NCBI GenBank assembly: GCA_023151315.1
Contig: JAKLJE010000012.1
Coordinates: forward strand, 27,584 to 91,583
Length of the DNA: 64,000 bases
Direction: 5' to 3'
Source of the DNA: Bacteroidia bacterium
GTDB lineage: Bacteria > Bacteroidota > Bacteroidia > Palsa-965
Each line of letters starts with the position of its first letter. Within the stretch, counting starts at the first letter, position 1. The translations under genes and the position numbers were made by a program. Under the pieces are notes generated by a model. It did no database searches, had not been told where the DNA came from, and was given only the letters and a program-made list of their open reading frames with translations. This document shows positions 1 to 11,129 of the stretch, piece by piece.

Positions 1-41
1 CTATTTATTTCTAAACGCAGGATCAACCTAGGTATTATTCA

Positions 42-899
42 TTAATTGGACCTGGTTACATTTTTAGTTCCGCCTTTACCAATCGGGAATTGAAAACCTG
101 CATCCAGTAGCACCATACCATCCCAGAATCTGTGACTGATCAGAAAATCATTTATCGCAAGTACCTTATTGAAGTTCGCGTATACGCCTTTCACACTTGC
201 TTCAATGAAAAAGAATCGAAACAACTCTGTCCGTACTCCCGCTTCAAATCCTGCAATCTGTCCCGCAACATGAAAGCAGTGGTTCCACCGTTGACCAAAT
301 AATGTAACATCAGACCTGGGAACTACTATTCCGGCTCCGAATTTTCCTACACCTGCAACAGTGATAAACCGTCGTGAAATGAAATTGTGACGGTACATGA
401 AATTGAACATCAGAAAATTTGCTCCGTCGGTATGTTCAAGTAACAGAAAGTCCTCATTTACCAATGTGTCTTTATCTAGATACTCGCCGTTAATACTTCC
501 TTTCACACGCACCGTTTGATCATTGTAAACAATGTATTTGGCGTGATCGAATTTCAATTCTATACCCAGTTTGCTCTTCGGAAGCCAGTATCCGATTCGG
601 TAGCCGTATTGCGGAATCGTTAATGCAACTTTGAACAGTTCACCGATGTGAGTACGGTCATGTGCTTTCATACCATACAAGGTGAAATTGTAGGCGCCGG
701 ATTCGTCAAACACATTTACATTGCTCTTGGAGTACCAGTTTTTATTATAGCCCCAGGCGAAGTAGAACTTACCGCGTTCATCATTGAGAATGCAATTGCC
801 ATTCGGCTTGAAATAATCGCGGCTGATTGAATCCTGTTGTGCCGAAACACGCAGTGTGATCAGCATAAGTTGAATTGCAATTAATGAGATTCTGAGCAT
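42..899 (-). CDS. Secreted hypothetical protein with predicted beta-rich fold. The first 24 codons of the 310-aa track ORF (TTG start) are trimmed so the CDS begins at the first ATG, MLRISLIAIQLMLITLRVSAQQ.
   Basis: ORF 42..974. The internal ATG at 897-899 is followed by a clear signal peptide. I recognise no family. Confidence 0.5.
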   Translation of the reverse strand: MLRISLIAIQLMLITLRVSAQQDSISRDYFKPNGNCILNDERGKFYFAWGYNKNWYSKSNVNVFDESGAYNFTLYGMKAHDRTHIGELFKVALTIPQYGYRIGYWLPKSKLGIELKFDHAKYIVYNDQTVRVKGSINGEYLDKDTLVNEDFLLLEHTDGANFLMFNFMYRHNFISRRFITVAGVGKFGAGIVVPRSDVTLFGQRWNHCFHVAGQIAGFEAGVRTELFRFFFIEASVKGVYANFNKVLAINDFLISHRFWDGMVLLDAGFQFPIGKGGTKNVTRSN

Positions 900-1090
900 G
901 TTATTATTGCTTCTTCTTTCTTGAAATATCAATGAGCAGCAACATTGCAAACGGCAATGCGTGCACCGCAGCAATTCCGGCGAAGTAACCGTTGAGAACC
1001 AGAACAGTTGTTACAATCGCAACTGCTATCAATCCGCCAATAGCGATTTTTCTCATTTTACTCATGTGCGTAAAGATACGATGGATGCCA

Positions 1091-1135
1091 AATAAAAAAC
1101 CCGGAAATCATCAGATGAAATCCGGGTTTTATTTT
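1091..1135. terminator. Bidirectional intrinsic terminator downstream of groEL.
   Basis: AACCCGGA (1098-1105) and TCCGGGTT (1121-1128) form a perfect 8-bp stem. It is flanked by an A-run upstream and TTTTATTTT downstream. Confidence 0.6.
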
Positions 1136-1149
1136 CAGGAAGGGATGAT

Positions 1150-2784
<1,635 letters not shown>

Positions 2785-2804
2785 TCAAGTAGATTAATTA
2801 CAGA

Positions 2805-3083
2805 TTAAACAATAGCGAAAATGTCTGATTCTCTCATGATCAGGAAATCTTTACCGTCGATCTGAATTTCAGTTCCGGCATACTTGCCGTAAAGAACGGT
2901 ATCACCAACTTTCACAGTCATCGGTTCGTCTTTTTTACCTGCACCAACTGCAATCACAGTTCCACGCTGTGGTTTCTCTTTTGCGGTATCAGGAATGATA
3001 ATTCCTCCTGCTGTTTTTTCTTCCGCAGCTGCAGCCTGAATCACAACACGATCGGCGAGTGGGTTGATTTTTACTTTGCTCAT
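2805..3083 (-). CDS. groS: Co-chaperonin GroES, 92 aa.
   Basis: Sequence [47 protein letters not shown]. It lies immediately upstream of groEL. Confidence 0.95.
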   Translation of the reverse strand: MSKVKINPLADRVVIQAAAAEEKTAGGIIIPDTAKEKPQRGTVIAVGAGKKDEPMTVKVGDTVLYGKYAGTEIQIDGKDFLIMRESDIFAIV

Positions 3084-3193
3084 TGCTGAATTGATTTAAT
3101 CGGTTAAACAAATTTAAGTTTCCAAATTCTTGGCGTTTCCTCTGATCAAATGGTTTGCCATCGGCTTAATCCCGCCATTTTTTCGCACTCAAA

Positions 3194-3235
3194 TAAAAAA
3201 TGTCAGGCTCATAAGACAACCTGACATTTTTTTTC
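3194..3235 (-). terminator. Intrinsic terminator of secG that also works in the other direction.
   Basis: ATGTCAGG (3200-3207) and CCTGACAT (3220-3227) form the stem. A6 precedes it and T8 follows. Confidence 0.6.
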
Positions 3236-3252
3236 GAAATGATAAGTGAAAA

Positions 3253-3606
3253 TTACTGTCCTGCTGGTGGGGTTGGAGCTCCACCGCCCGGCATTGCTTG
3301 TGGTCCCGGTGCAGCTGGCTGCTCGGTGCCCATTTCACTTGCTTTATCTTTTGTTGCAGATGAACTTCCTTCTGAACTTCCTGTGCCGTCTGACAAGCTG
3401 GTTGCAAGAATGCTGAGTACCAGAATCAGAATTGCCAGAAACCATGTTGCTTTCTCAAGGAAATCTGCTGTACGACGCACGCCCATAACCTGAGCGCCCG
3501 ACTGAAAGCCTGACGCAAGTCCGCCTCCTTTTGGATTCTGGATCAATACTGCTACAACAAGCAGTATGCACGAAAGGAAAATGATAATTGAAATTGCAGT
3601 AACCAT
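3253..3606 (-). CDS. secG: Preprotein translocase subunit SecG.
   Basis: Motif LIQNPKGGGL. Two TM segments and a Gly/Pro-rich C-tail. Confidence 0.85.
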   Translation of the reverse strand: MVTAISIIIFLSCILLVVAVLIQNPKGGGLASGFQSGAQVMGVRRTADFLEKATWFLAILILVLSILATSLSDGTGSSEGSSSATKDKASEMGTEQPAAPGPQAMPGGGAPTPPAGQ

Positions 3607-3614
3607 TGTAAGTA

Positions 3615-4886
3615 TTATTTATTCGGTGTTCGTTTCAGTTCTTCAATAAGGGCTGCAAAGTAAGCGGTTTTTTCCGGAAATTTCAAACTGAGTTTCTGGT
3701 AAGCCCGGATAGCCTTCGGAATATTGCCTTGTTTTGCGTAAATCCTTGCTAATGTTTCAGTTATGAACTCGTCCGACTCCTGTACGCTCTTCTTCGCCAT
3801 GTTCACAGGATTGAAAAAACCGGACTTTTTGACCTGAATTCGAGGTTCTTCCTTGATAAAACGTTCAATCAGCTCTTCTCCGTTAGATGAAACAGGTGCC
3901 TTCTGTTCGGCAATTGATTGCTTTTCTGTTTGCTTAACAGGTCCGTTCTGCTTCAACGATGCAACCCAAGTTGCAAATGACATTTCGCCGATGTTGATTT
4001 CCTGTTCTTCTTTTACAGGTTCAAGCGGTTTTTCAATCTCCGAATTGATAGTGTTTTCGGAAACGGTCTTAAGTTCACTTACATCCGGTAACTTATCGTC
4101 TGCTTCAAGTTCAAATACAGAGTGAATTGCCTCTACAAGTATATCCTGTTGAACAGGATCCTGCGGAACTTCAACATGGACTTGAGCCTCTTCTTTTTCT
4201 TCCTTGGAATCTTCAACAGGATGAATTTCCCACTTGGTTTCTGCTGTTGTATTCTCGATTTCAGCAACCGGCTCTTCCGATAACTCTTCGCCGATATCTT
4301 CCGATTGACCGGGTTCTACCAATACATAAAGCAGTGTATTCAGTTCATCTTTGGCATCAGGAATTTCGTGCTTCAGAACTTCGTTCGGAACTTCTTTCTG
4401 TTCTGCAGCCGGTGTGGTGTTTGCAATCGGATGTATTTCTTCCTTCGGCTTAACTTCTTCTTTTTCTTTTCCTCTCCAGTGATGCAACAACTGAAGCTGA
4501 CGCAACATTCCTGCTTCCCATTCATCGGGATTGGAAACGAATCGCTTCTCCGGAAATTTAGGCGGCGCAGATTTTATTTCCTGTTTTTGCTCTTCCACAG
4601 GCAAAGCAATTTCAACCTTCGAAACTGTTGTTTCTTCAACCGGCTCAACGGCGTCCTTACGTTTGATCAGATCATACAACACTTTACGATCAGCAACATA
4701 AATCGCGGCTGATTTAAGCTGATTGTTGTAAAGAAAACTTCCCTGATTGTGAAGATTCTTGATGTATAGCAAATGCGCAGTCTGAAAATACGGATACGAT
4801 TGCAGAAGTGAATCCAGTTGCGCACCGTCTTCTCTTCCGGACATTCCCGGTTTTCTCATCCATTCCAGCAATTGCTTCGCGTTCAT
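3615..4886 (-). CDS. Hypothetical protein with TPR-like termini and an acidic, E/K-rich low-complexity core.
   Basis: The first codon of the track ORF is GTG. ATG at 4884-4886 overlaps the lptE stop by 1 nt. The C-terminus LARIYAKQGNIPKAIRAYQKLSLKFPEK is TPR-like. Confidence 0.5.
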   Translation of the reverse strand: MNAKQLLEWMRKPGMSGREDGAQLDSLLQSYPYFQTAHLLYIKNLHNQGSFLYNNQLKSAAIYVADRKVLYDLIKRKDAVEPVEETTVSKVEIALPVEEQKQEIKSAPPKFPEKRFVSNPDEWEAGMLRQLQLLHHWRGKEKEEVKPKEEIHPIANTTPAAEQKEVPNEVLKHEIPDAKDELNTLLYVLVEPGQSEDIGEELSEEPVAEIENTTAETKWEIHPVEDSKEEKEEAQVHVEVPQDPVQQDILVEAIHSVFELEADDKLPDVSELKTVSENTINSEIEKPLEPVKEEQEINIGEMSFATWVASLKQNGPVKQTEKQSIAEQKAPVSSNGEELIERFIKEEPRIQVKKSGFFNPVNMAKKSVQESDEFITETLARIYAKQGNIPKAIRAYQKLSLKFPEKTAYFAALIEELKRTPNK

Positions 4887-5416
4887 CACCAGGCGTAAAT
4901 TGATCGGTTGATAATGTCCTGAGTGATCTGGTCGGTAATTTCTTTAATCAAAGCATCTTCCACACTCGAAATATCGGTGGTACTCGGGAAATCCGCAAAT
5001 CGGCTGAAGTTTCCGTCGAAACTGTAACGATCTTCAATGTCGTCGGTGTACTTCACTTTCACAGTGATGGTAAGTCGGTTTAATGAAGCCTGATCAGTGG
5101 CACCTCCTGTAATCGCAACCGGCGCAACGGAATATCCCGTGATTTCACCTTCGTAATTCAAATCTCCGCCTGAAGGCAGCAGCGTGAAACGCGTTTGTCT
5201 CTGGATGAAATCTCGCAAAGATTCAGTCATCGTCTGCGCTAAAGAAGGCTTTGCTAGTGGTGCTGAGTTCGTAAACAGCAACACAGATACCGTTACTGAA
5301 TCATCCAGCGTTCTACCACCAGCTCCGGTTTGGTTGTACTGAATATGCTTGCATGAGAAAATACTCAGAGCAAACAGAGTGATTACAACAGCGAAGTATG
5401 TCAGTTTTCTGCTCAT
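4886..5416 (-). CDS. lptE: LptE-family lipoprotein (LPS assembly).
   Basis: Lipobox signal peptide MSRKLTYFAVVITLFALSIFSC. About 175 aa. Sits in the conserved miaB-EBP-lptE-secG context. Confidence 0.6.
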   Translation of the reverse strand: MSRKLTYFAVVITLFALSIFSCKHIQYNQTGAGGRTLDDSVTVSVLLFTNSAPLAKPSLAQTMTESLRDFIQRQTRFTLLPSGGDLNYEGEITGYSVAPVAITGGATDQASLNRLTITVKVKYTDDIEDRYSFDGNFSRFADFPSTTDISSVEDALIKEITDQITQDIINRSIYAW

Positions 5417-6669
5417 CCCTTGATGTTGTATTCGTTGATCTTTCTGTACAATGTACGTTCTGAAATACCAAGTTCTTTTGCCGCATTCTTCCGTTTGCCG
5501 CGATGCTTGTCAAGCGCTTTCGTGATCAGCTCGATTTCTTTGTCCTGCAGGCTCAAGGAATCTTCAACAACTTCTTCCGGTGCAAGAATTTCTTCATGCG
5601 GATTATTCCATGTCGGTTGGTGAATTACAACGGCATCATCGCTGTTGCGTACTGCCGTTTGCTGATTCTGATAATCGGAAAAATGTTTCTGTATTACAGG
5701 CCCGCTTTGCTGAAGCACCTCCGGCGTAATGCGCCCTCCGTTCTGAATCAGTTGCATCGTCAGTGCTTTCAGATCGTTCAGCTCCGTGCGCATTTGCTGA
5801 AGCAATTGAAAAAGAAAATCTCTTTCCTGCGCTTCGTTGCCGGTTTGTTGTGCACGTGCCAGTACCGGAACTCCGGTCATGGCCGATTGATGATCCGGAA
5901 GATATTTCTTCAATGTTTCCGCATCTATCTCACGTGCTTTCTCAATGATGGAAAGTTGTTCAGTTACATTTTTCAGTTGACGGATATTCCCGTGCCAATA
6001 GTAATTCACAAGAAGTTTCTCGGCATCCGGCATCAGTTTAATCACCGGCATTCTGTACTTCGCTGCAAAATCAGCAGCAAATTTCCGGAACAGCAAATGA
6101 ATATCCTGACGACGATCACGCAGCGGTGGCAAGAGAATCGGAACGGTGTTCAGTCGGTAATAAAGATCTTCTCTGAATTTTCCTCTGCCGATGGCTTCAG
6201 GAATATTTACGTTGGTCGCTGCAACCACCCGCACGTTGGTCTTCTGAACTTTTGAGGATCCTACGCGGATGAATTCTCCTGTTTCCAAAACACGAAGCAA
6301 ACGCGCCTGCGTGGCCATAGGCATTTCAGCAACTTCATCAAGGAAAATAGTTCCTCCGTCAGCAACTTCAAAATATCCTTTGCGCGCTTCTGTTGCGCCT
6401 GTGAACGATCCTTTCTCGTGACCGAAAAGTTCGGAGTCAATCGTTCCTTCCGGAATCGCTCCGCAGTTCACCGCAATATAAGCACCGTGTTTTCGCGCCG
6501 ACATCTGATGAATGATCTGCGGGAAAACTTCCTTACCTGTTCCGCTTTCTCCATTGATAAGTACAGCCAGATCTGTTGGCGCCACTTGCACAGCAATATC
6601 AATCGCACGATCCAGTTGAGGTGTCGTACCGATAATGCCGAAGCGTTGTTTTATATCTTGTATTGTCAT
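5413..6669 (-). CDS. Sigma-54-dependent Fis-family transcriptional activator (AAA+ plus HTH, no receiver or sensor domain).
   Basis: Walker A motif GESGTGKE. The GAFTGA-like loop reads GSFTGA. C-terminal HTH RKNAAKELGISERTLYRKINEY. Start placed at ATG 6667-6669 (MTIQDIK) because the first track codon is TTG. Confidence 0.85.
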   Translation of the reverse strand: MTIQDIKQRFGIIGTTPQLDRAIDIAVQVAPTDLAVLINGESGTGKEVFPQIIHQMSARKHGAYIAVNCGAIPEGTIDSELFGHEKGSFTGATEARKGYFEVADGGTIFLDEVAEMPMATQARLLRVLETGEFIRVGSSKVQKTNVRVVAATNVNIPEAIGRGKFREDLYYRLNTVPILLPPLRDRRQDIHLLFRKFAADFAAKYRMPVIKLMPDAEKLLVNYYWHGNIRQLKNVTEQLSIIEKAREIDAETLKKYLPDHQSAMTGVPVLARAQQTGNEAQERDFLFQLLQQMRTELNDLKALTMQLIQNGGRITPEVLQQSGPVIQKHFSDYQNQQTAVRNSDDAVVIHQPTWNNPHEEILAPEEVVEDSLSLQDKEIELITKALDKHRGKRKNAAKELGISERTLYRKINEYNIKG

Positions 6670-6689
6670 TAAATATTCAATCAATAGAA

Positions 6690-8117
6690 TTAATCAATCG
6701 CTTTGCCGATCAGCGTTGTCGCCGTACACTTCTCTACAAGCACGTTCACGTATTCACCTTTCTTGTAATTTCCTTTAGGGAATACAACAACTGTGTTCTG
6801 TGTGTTTCTTCCCATCCACATATCTGCTGACTTCTTCGACTCATGTTCGATTAACACGCGATGAACTTTCCCTACCTGAGCTTTCGTTTTCTTCTCTGAA
6901 AGCTTCTGCTGCAGAGCAATTACTTCAGTTAATCTACGCTTCTTAACTTCTTCAGGAATATCGTCTTTGTACTGACGCTCCGCCAAGGTTTTCGGACGTT
7001 CAGAATAGGCGAACATATACGAGAAGTCATATTCCACCCATTCCATCAACGATAATGTTTCCTGATGTTCTTCTTCTGTCTCTGTACAGAATCCGGTAAT
7101 AATATCCGAGGAAATTGCACAGTCAGGCATGATCCGTTTGATGGCGTTAATACGATCCATGTATTGTTCCCGCGTGTATCCGCGATTCATCACTTCGAGC
7201 ACACGCGTGCTTCCGCTTTGCACCGGAAGATGAATGTACTTGCAGATGTTGTCGTACTTCGCCATTACATGTAATACTTCATCTGTCATATCACGCGGAT
7301 TCGATGTGCTGTAACGTATGCGAAGATCCGGATGAATTTGTGCAACCATTTCCAGCAGTTGTGCGAATGTGGTCGCATTGGCTTTTTGCTCTTCTGTGAG
7401 AATCTCTTTCTTCAGTCCGCCACCTGCAAAAATGTATGAATCCACATTCTGTCCCAGCAAAGTTACCTCGCGGTATCCCTGATCAAACAGTTCTTTTGCT
7501 TCTTTAACAATACTTTCAGGATCGCGTGAGCGTTCGCGTCCGCGCGTGAAAGGCACAACACAGAACGAACACATGTTATCACATCCTCGCATGATGCTGA
7601 TGAACGCACTGACACCATTGGAATCTAAACGTACCGGTGTGATGTCTGCATACGTTTCTTCCTTAGAAAGAATCACGTTCACCGCTTTCTGCCCGCCTTC
7701 AACTTTACCAATGAGATTCGGTAAATCACGGTATGCGTCAGGACCTACAACGATATCAACGATTTTTTCTTCGTCCAGAAATTTTTCTTTCAATCGCTCT
7801 GCCATGCAACCCAGAACACCTACAATCATTTCAGGTTTCTTCTTCTTTGCATGTTTGAATTCCACCAAGCGATTTCGCACACGCTGTTCTGCGCCTTCGC
7901 GTATCGCACATGTATTTACAAATATCACGTCCGCCTCAGTGTAATCCTGAGTCGTTGAAAATCCTTCATTCTTCAGAATGGATGCAACAATTTCACTGTC
8001 CGAGAAATTCATTTGACATCCGTAACTCTCCAGAAAAAGTTTGCGCTTGCCTTGATTATTGTCTTGCAACATCAGCGCTTCACCTTGTCTGCTTTCATCG
8101 ATCACTTTTTCTTCCAT
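6690..8117 (-). CDS. miaB: tRNA-i6A37 methylthiotransferase MiaB.
   Basis: N-terminal cysteine triad region [14 protein letters not shown]. Radical-SAM motif [15 protein letters not shown] domain. Start at the first ATG (MEEKV). Confidence 0.9.
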   Translation of the reverse strand: MEEKVIDESRQGEALMLQDNNQGKRKLFLESYGCQMNFSDSEIVASILKNEGFSTTQDYTEADVIFVNTCAIREGAEQRVRNRLVEFKHAKKKKPEMIVGVLGCMAERLKEKFLDEEKIVDIVVGPDAYRDLPNLIGKVEGGQKAVNVILSKEETYADITPVRLDSNGVSAFISIMRGCDNMCSFCVVPFTRGRERSRDPESIVKEAKELFDQGYREVTLLGQNVDSYIFAGGGLKKEILTEEQKANATTFAQLLEMVAQIHPDLRIRYSTSNPRDMTDEVLHVMAKYDNICKYIHLPVQSGSTRVLEVMNRGYTREQYMDRINAIKRIMPDCAISSDIITGFCTETEEEHQETLSLMEWVEYDFSYMFAYSERPKTLAERQYKDDIPEEVKKRRLTEVIALQQKLSEKKTKAQVGKVHRVLIEHESKKSADMWMGRNTQNTVVVFPKGNYKKGEYVNVLVEKCTATTLIGKAID

Positions 8118-8223
8118 CGGTTCCTTTTTTCGGCTTCCCCGGTTTTTCGGGGACACAAAGTTACCAAAATTTACACCCACTGACAAAATGACAGATTTGT
8201 AAATCAAAAAACAGAAAAAAATC

Positions 8224-8243
8224 TACCTATATATATATAGGTA
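8224..8243. promoter_or_regulatory. Perfect 20-bp palindrome TACCTATATATATATAGGTA in the miaB/topA divergent intergenic region.
   Basis: The sequence equals its own reverse complement. Position is 8224-8243. Confidence 0.4.
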
Positions 8244-8360
8244 AGGCCCCTTCGCCCGGTCCCGGATTTGGAAAATTGAAGTTCTCTTCTTTTTCTTTGC
8301 AGCCTCCGGAACCGAAAAATCCGGCAAAATTCAAGTGTTGTAATAAAAAGTAAAGAGCTG

Positions 8361-11006
8361 ATGGCAAAGAATTTAGTGATCGTAGAGTCGCCTGCAAAGG
8401 CAAAAACAATTGAGAATTTTCTCGGTAAAGACTTTACCGTGAAATCGAGTTTTGGTCATGTGCGGGACCTCGTTAAAAAAGGACTCGCTGTAGATACAGA
8501 AAAGGGATTCACTCCCAATTACGAAATCTCTCCGGATAAGGAGAAAGTGATTGCCGAACTGAAGAGATTGGCAAAGGACGCAGACATCGTCTGGCTCGCA
8601 ACGGATGAGGACCGCGAAGGAGAAGCCATTTCGTGGCACTTGTCGGAAGCGCTGAAACTTGACGACAAGAAAACACGTCGTATTGTGTTCCACGAGATCA
8701 CGAAACCGGCAATCATGAAAGCGATTGAATCGCCGAGAAAGATTGATCGTCACTTGGTAGATGCACAGCAGGCGAGACGTATTCTCGATCGTCTCGTTGG
8801 TTTTGAATTGTCTCCGATTTTATGGAAGAAAGTAAAACCATCTCTTTCTGCGGGTCGTGTACAGAGTGTAACCGTTCGTCTTATCGTTGAACGCGAGCGA
8901 GAAATTGCTGCATTCAAATCAACTTCTTCTTACAAAGTTTCAGCGGTTTTCATCAGCAACGGACAGAAGTTCAAAGCGGAATTGCGCTCTAATTTCAAAA
9001 CGATTGAAGAAGCACGCAAATTCCTGCATGTGTGTTCCAAGTCAACGTTCACAGTTTCTTCTCTCGAAACAAAACCATCACGTAAATCTCCTTCTGCACC
9101 GTTCACAACATCAACGTTACAGCAGGAAGCTTCTCGTAAACTTGGTTTTTCTCCGAAGAGAACAATGGTTGTGGCGCAGCGACTTTACGAAAGCGGTAAG
9201 ATCACATACATGCGAACTGACTCCGTGAACCTCTCTGAACTCGCTCTTGGTAAAGCCAAAGAAGTGGTAACTAAGAGTTACGGTGCAAAGTACGTTCACA
9301 CACGTCAGTATAAAACGAAAAACAAAGGCGCACAGGAAGCCCACGAAGCAATTCGTCCGACTTACCTCGAGCGCAATATGGTCGAAGGTGAACGTGACGA
9401 ACAACGCCTTTACGATCTGATCTGGAAGCGCACAATCGCTTCTCAAATGGCGGAAGCGGAACTCGAAAAAACAACTGCAGTTATTGCGGTGTCCGGTGCT
9501 TCAGAAACTTTCGTTGCGCAGGGAGAAGTAATCAAGTTCGACGGTTTCCTTGCTGTGTACATGGAGTCATCTGATGATGATAACGAAGATGACGACAGCG
9601 AGAACTCAGAAGCAATGCTTCCTCCTCTGAAAACAGGACAGGCATTGAATTCACACGCAATCACGGCAACACAACGTTTCACACATCATCCTCCGCGTTA
9701 TACAGAAGCTGCGTTGGTGAAAAAGCTTGAAGAGCTCGGAATCGGTCGACCTTCAACTTACGCTCCGACAATTTCTACAGTACAGGAACGCGGTTACGTT
9801 GTGAAGGAAGAACGTGAAGGAAAGCAAAGATCTTACGATGTTCTCACGCTCTCCAACGGAACAATCAATGAAGAAAAGCGCACGGAGAATACCGGCGCAG
9901 AAAAAAATAAATTGTTCCCGACGGATATCGGAACAGTTGTAACCGATTTTCTCAGTCAGTACTTCCCGAAAATCATGGACTACGGTTTCACGGCAAACGT
10001 GGAAGAAGAGTTTGATGAAATTGCCGAAGGAAAAATTGATTGGAGAAAAATGCTCGAGCAGTTCTACCGTCCGTTTCACAAAGACGTGGAGAAAACGGAA
10101 GAAACTTCTGAGCGAGCAAGCGGTGAACGTTTGCTCGGAAAAGATCCGCTTACGAAAAAGAACGTTTACGTTCGTATCGGTCGTTTCGGTCCATTGGTAC
10201 AGATCGGTGAAAGTGATGATCCGGAAAAGAAATTTGCAAGTCTGCGCAAAGACATGCGTCTCGAAACAGTGACTTTCGAAGATGCAATGGAATTGTTCAA
10301 ACTTCCTAAGACAGTTGGAAGTTATAAAGGCAAGGAACTCGTGATTGGAATCGGTCGTTTCGGTCCTTACGTGAAATGGGGCGATCAGTATGTTTCAATC
10401 CCACGCGGTGAGGATCCGATGAAAGTGGAAGAGGAGCGCGCTGTTGAGTTGGTGAAACAGAAAGAAGCTGCGGATGCTCCGATCGCGCAATACAAAGGAA
10501 CTCCGGTTACAAAAGGAAAAGGTCGTTTCGGACCGTTCATTAAGTTCGGTGATATATTCATCAACGTTCCGCGTGCATATGATTTCGATAATCTTTCGCA
10601 GAATGATATCGCAGAACTGATCGAAAAGAAACTCGAGAAGGAAGCGAATCGTTACATCAGGCAGTGGCCGGAAGAAAAAATTTCATTGGAGAACGGCCGT
10701 TGGGGTCCTTTCATTCGTTTCGGAAAAGCCATGTTGAAAATCACACGCAGTGATAAGCAGGAAAAACTTTCGCCGGAAGAAGTTGCTGAACTTTCACTCG
10801 AACAAGTGAAAGCCATGATCGAAGCTCAGGTTCCGGGTGCTTTTGACAAAAAAGGTTCTAAAGCTCCTGCGAAAAAGTCCAAAGCTCCGGCCAAAGCAAC
10901 GAAGGCTCCGGCGAAGAAAACAAAGGCGCCTGCAGTAAAAAAAGCTCCGGCAAAAAAAGCTCCGGCAAAGAAAGCAGCTAAGAAGGCGGCAAAAAAACGC
11001 AAGTAG
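8361..11006 (+). CDS. topA: DNA topoisomerase I (type IA) with a lysine/alanine-rich basic C-terminal tail.
   Basis: Toprim N-terminus MAKNLVIVESPAKAKTIENFLG. Several Zn-ribbon-like repeats of the form GRFGPY. Tail KAPAKKSKAPAKATKAPAKKTKAPAVKKAPAKKAPAKKAAKKAAKKRK. Confidence 0.93.
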   Translation: MAKNLVIVESPAKAKTIENFLGKDFTVKSSFGHVRDLVKKGLAVDTEKGFTPNYEISPDKEKVIAELKRLAKDADIVWLATDEDREGEAISWHLSEALKLDDKKTRRIVFHEITKPAIMKAIESPRKIDRHLVDAQQARRILDRLVGFELSPILWKKVKPSLSAGRVQSVTVRLIVEREREIAAFKSTSSYKVSAVFISNGQKFKAELRSNFKTIEEARKFLHVCSKSTFTVSSLETKPSRKSPSAPFTTSTLQQEASRKLGFSPKRTMVVAQRLYESGKITYMRTDSVNLSELALGKAKEVVTKSYGAKYVHTRQYKTKNKGAQEAHEAIRPTYLERNMVEGERDEQRLYDLIWKRTIASQMAEAELEKTTAVIAVSGASETFVAQGEVIKFDGFLAVYMESSDDDNEDDDSENSEAMLPPLKTGQALNSHAITATQRFTHHPPRYTEAALVKKLEELGIGRPSTYAPTISTVQERGYVVKEEREGKQRSYDVLTLSNGTINEEKRTENTGAEKNKLFPTDIGTVVTDFLSQYFPKIMDYGFTANVEEEFDEIAEGKIDWRKMLEQFYRPFHKDVEKTEETSERASGERLLGKDPLTKKNVYVRIGRFGPLVQIGESDDPEKKFASLRKDMRLETVTFEDAMELFKLPKTVGSYKGKELVIGIGRFGPYVKWGDQYVSIPRGEDPMKVEEERAVELVKQKEAADAPIAQYKGTPVTKGKGRFGPFIKFGDIFINVPRAYDFDNLSQNDIAELIEKKLEKEANRYIRQWPEEKISLENGRWGPFIRFGKAMLKITRSDKQEKLSPEEVAELSLEQVKAMIEAQVPGAFDKKGSKAPAKKSKAPAKATKAPAKKTKAPAVKKAPAKKAPAKKAAKKAAKKRK
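10850..10995 (+). repeat. Coding low-complexity AAAGCTCCGGC(A/G)AAG-type repeats encoding the KAPAKK tail of TopA.
   Basis: Repeated 'aaagctccggc' units are visible in the DNA. Confidence 0.6.
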
Positions 11007-11014
11007 TACTCAAG

Positions 11015-11052
11015 AAAGTCTCTCCAATCAACGGAGAGACTTTCTTGTTTTA
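11015..11052 (+). terminator. Intrinsic terminator of topA.
   Basis: AAAGTCTCTCC and GGAGAGACTTT form a perfect 11-bp stem with loop AATCAAC, followed by CTTGTTTT. Confidence 0.7.
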
Positions 11053-11129
11053 CAATACTCACATCTCGCTATTGACAACTTTTCCCGTCCACGCAAGCGC
11101 TATTGAATCGGTGTTGGTAATATTGGATC

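Noticed and set aside
3084-3252. Looked for a CIRCE/HrcA operator (TTAGCACTC-N9-GAGTGCTAA) upstream of groES.
   Set aside because: No CIRCE-like inverted repeat is present. The only strong hairpin (3200-3227) is the secG terminator flanked by A and T runs.
10850-10995. Considered the tandem DNA repeat at the topA 3' end as a minisatellite or mobile-element remnant.
   Set aside because: It is in frame, encodes the KAPAKK tail and is followed directly by the topA stop and terminator. I treat it as coding low-complexity.
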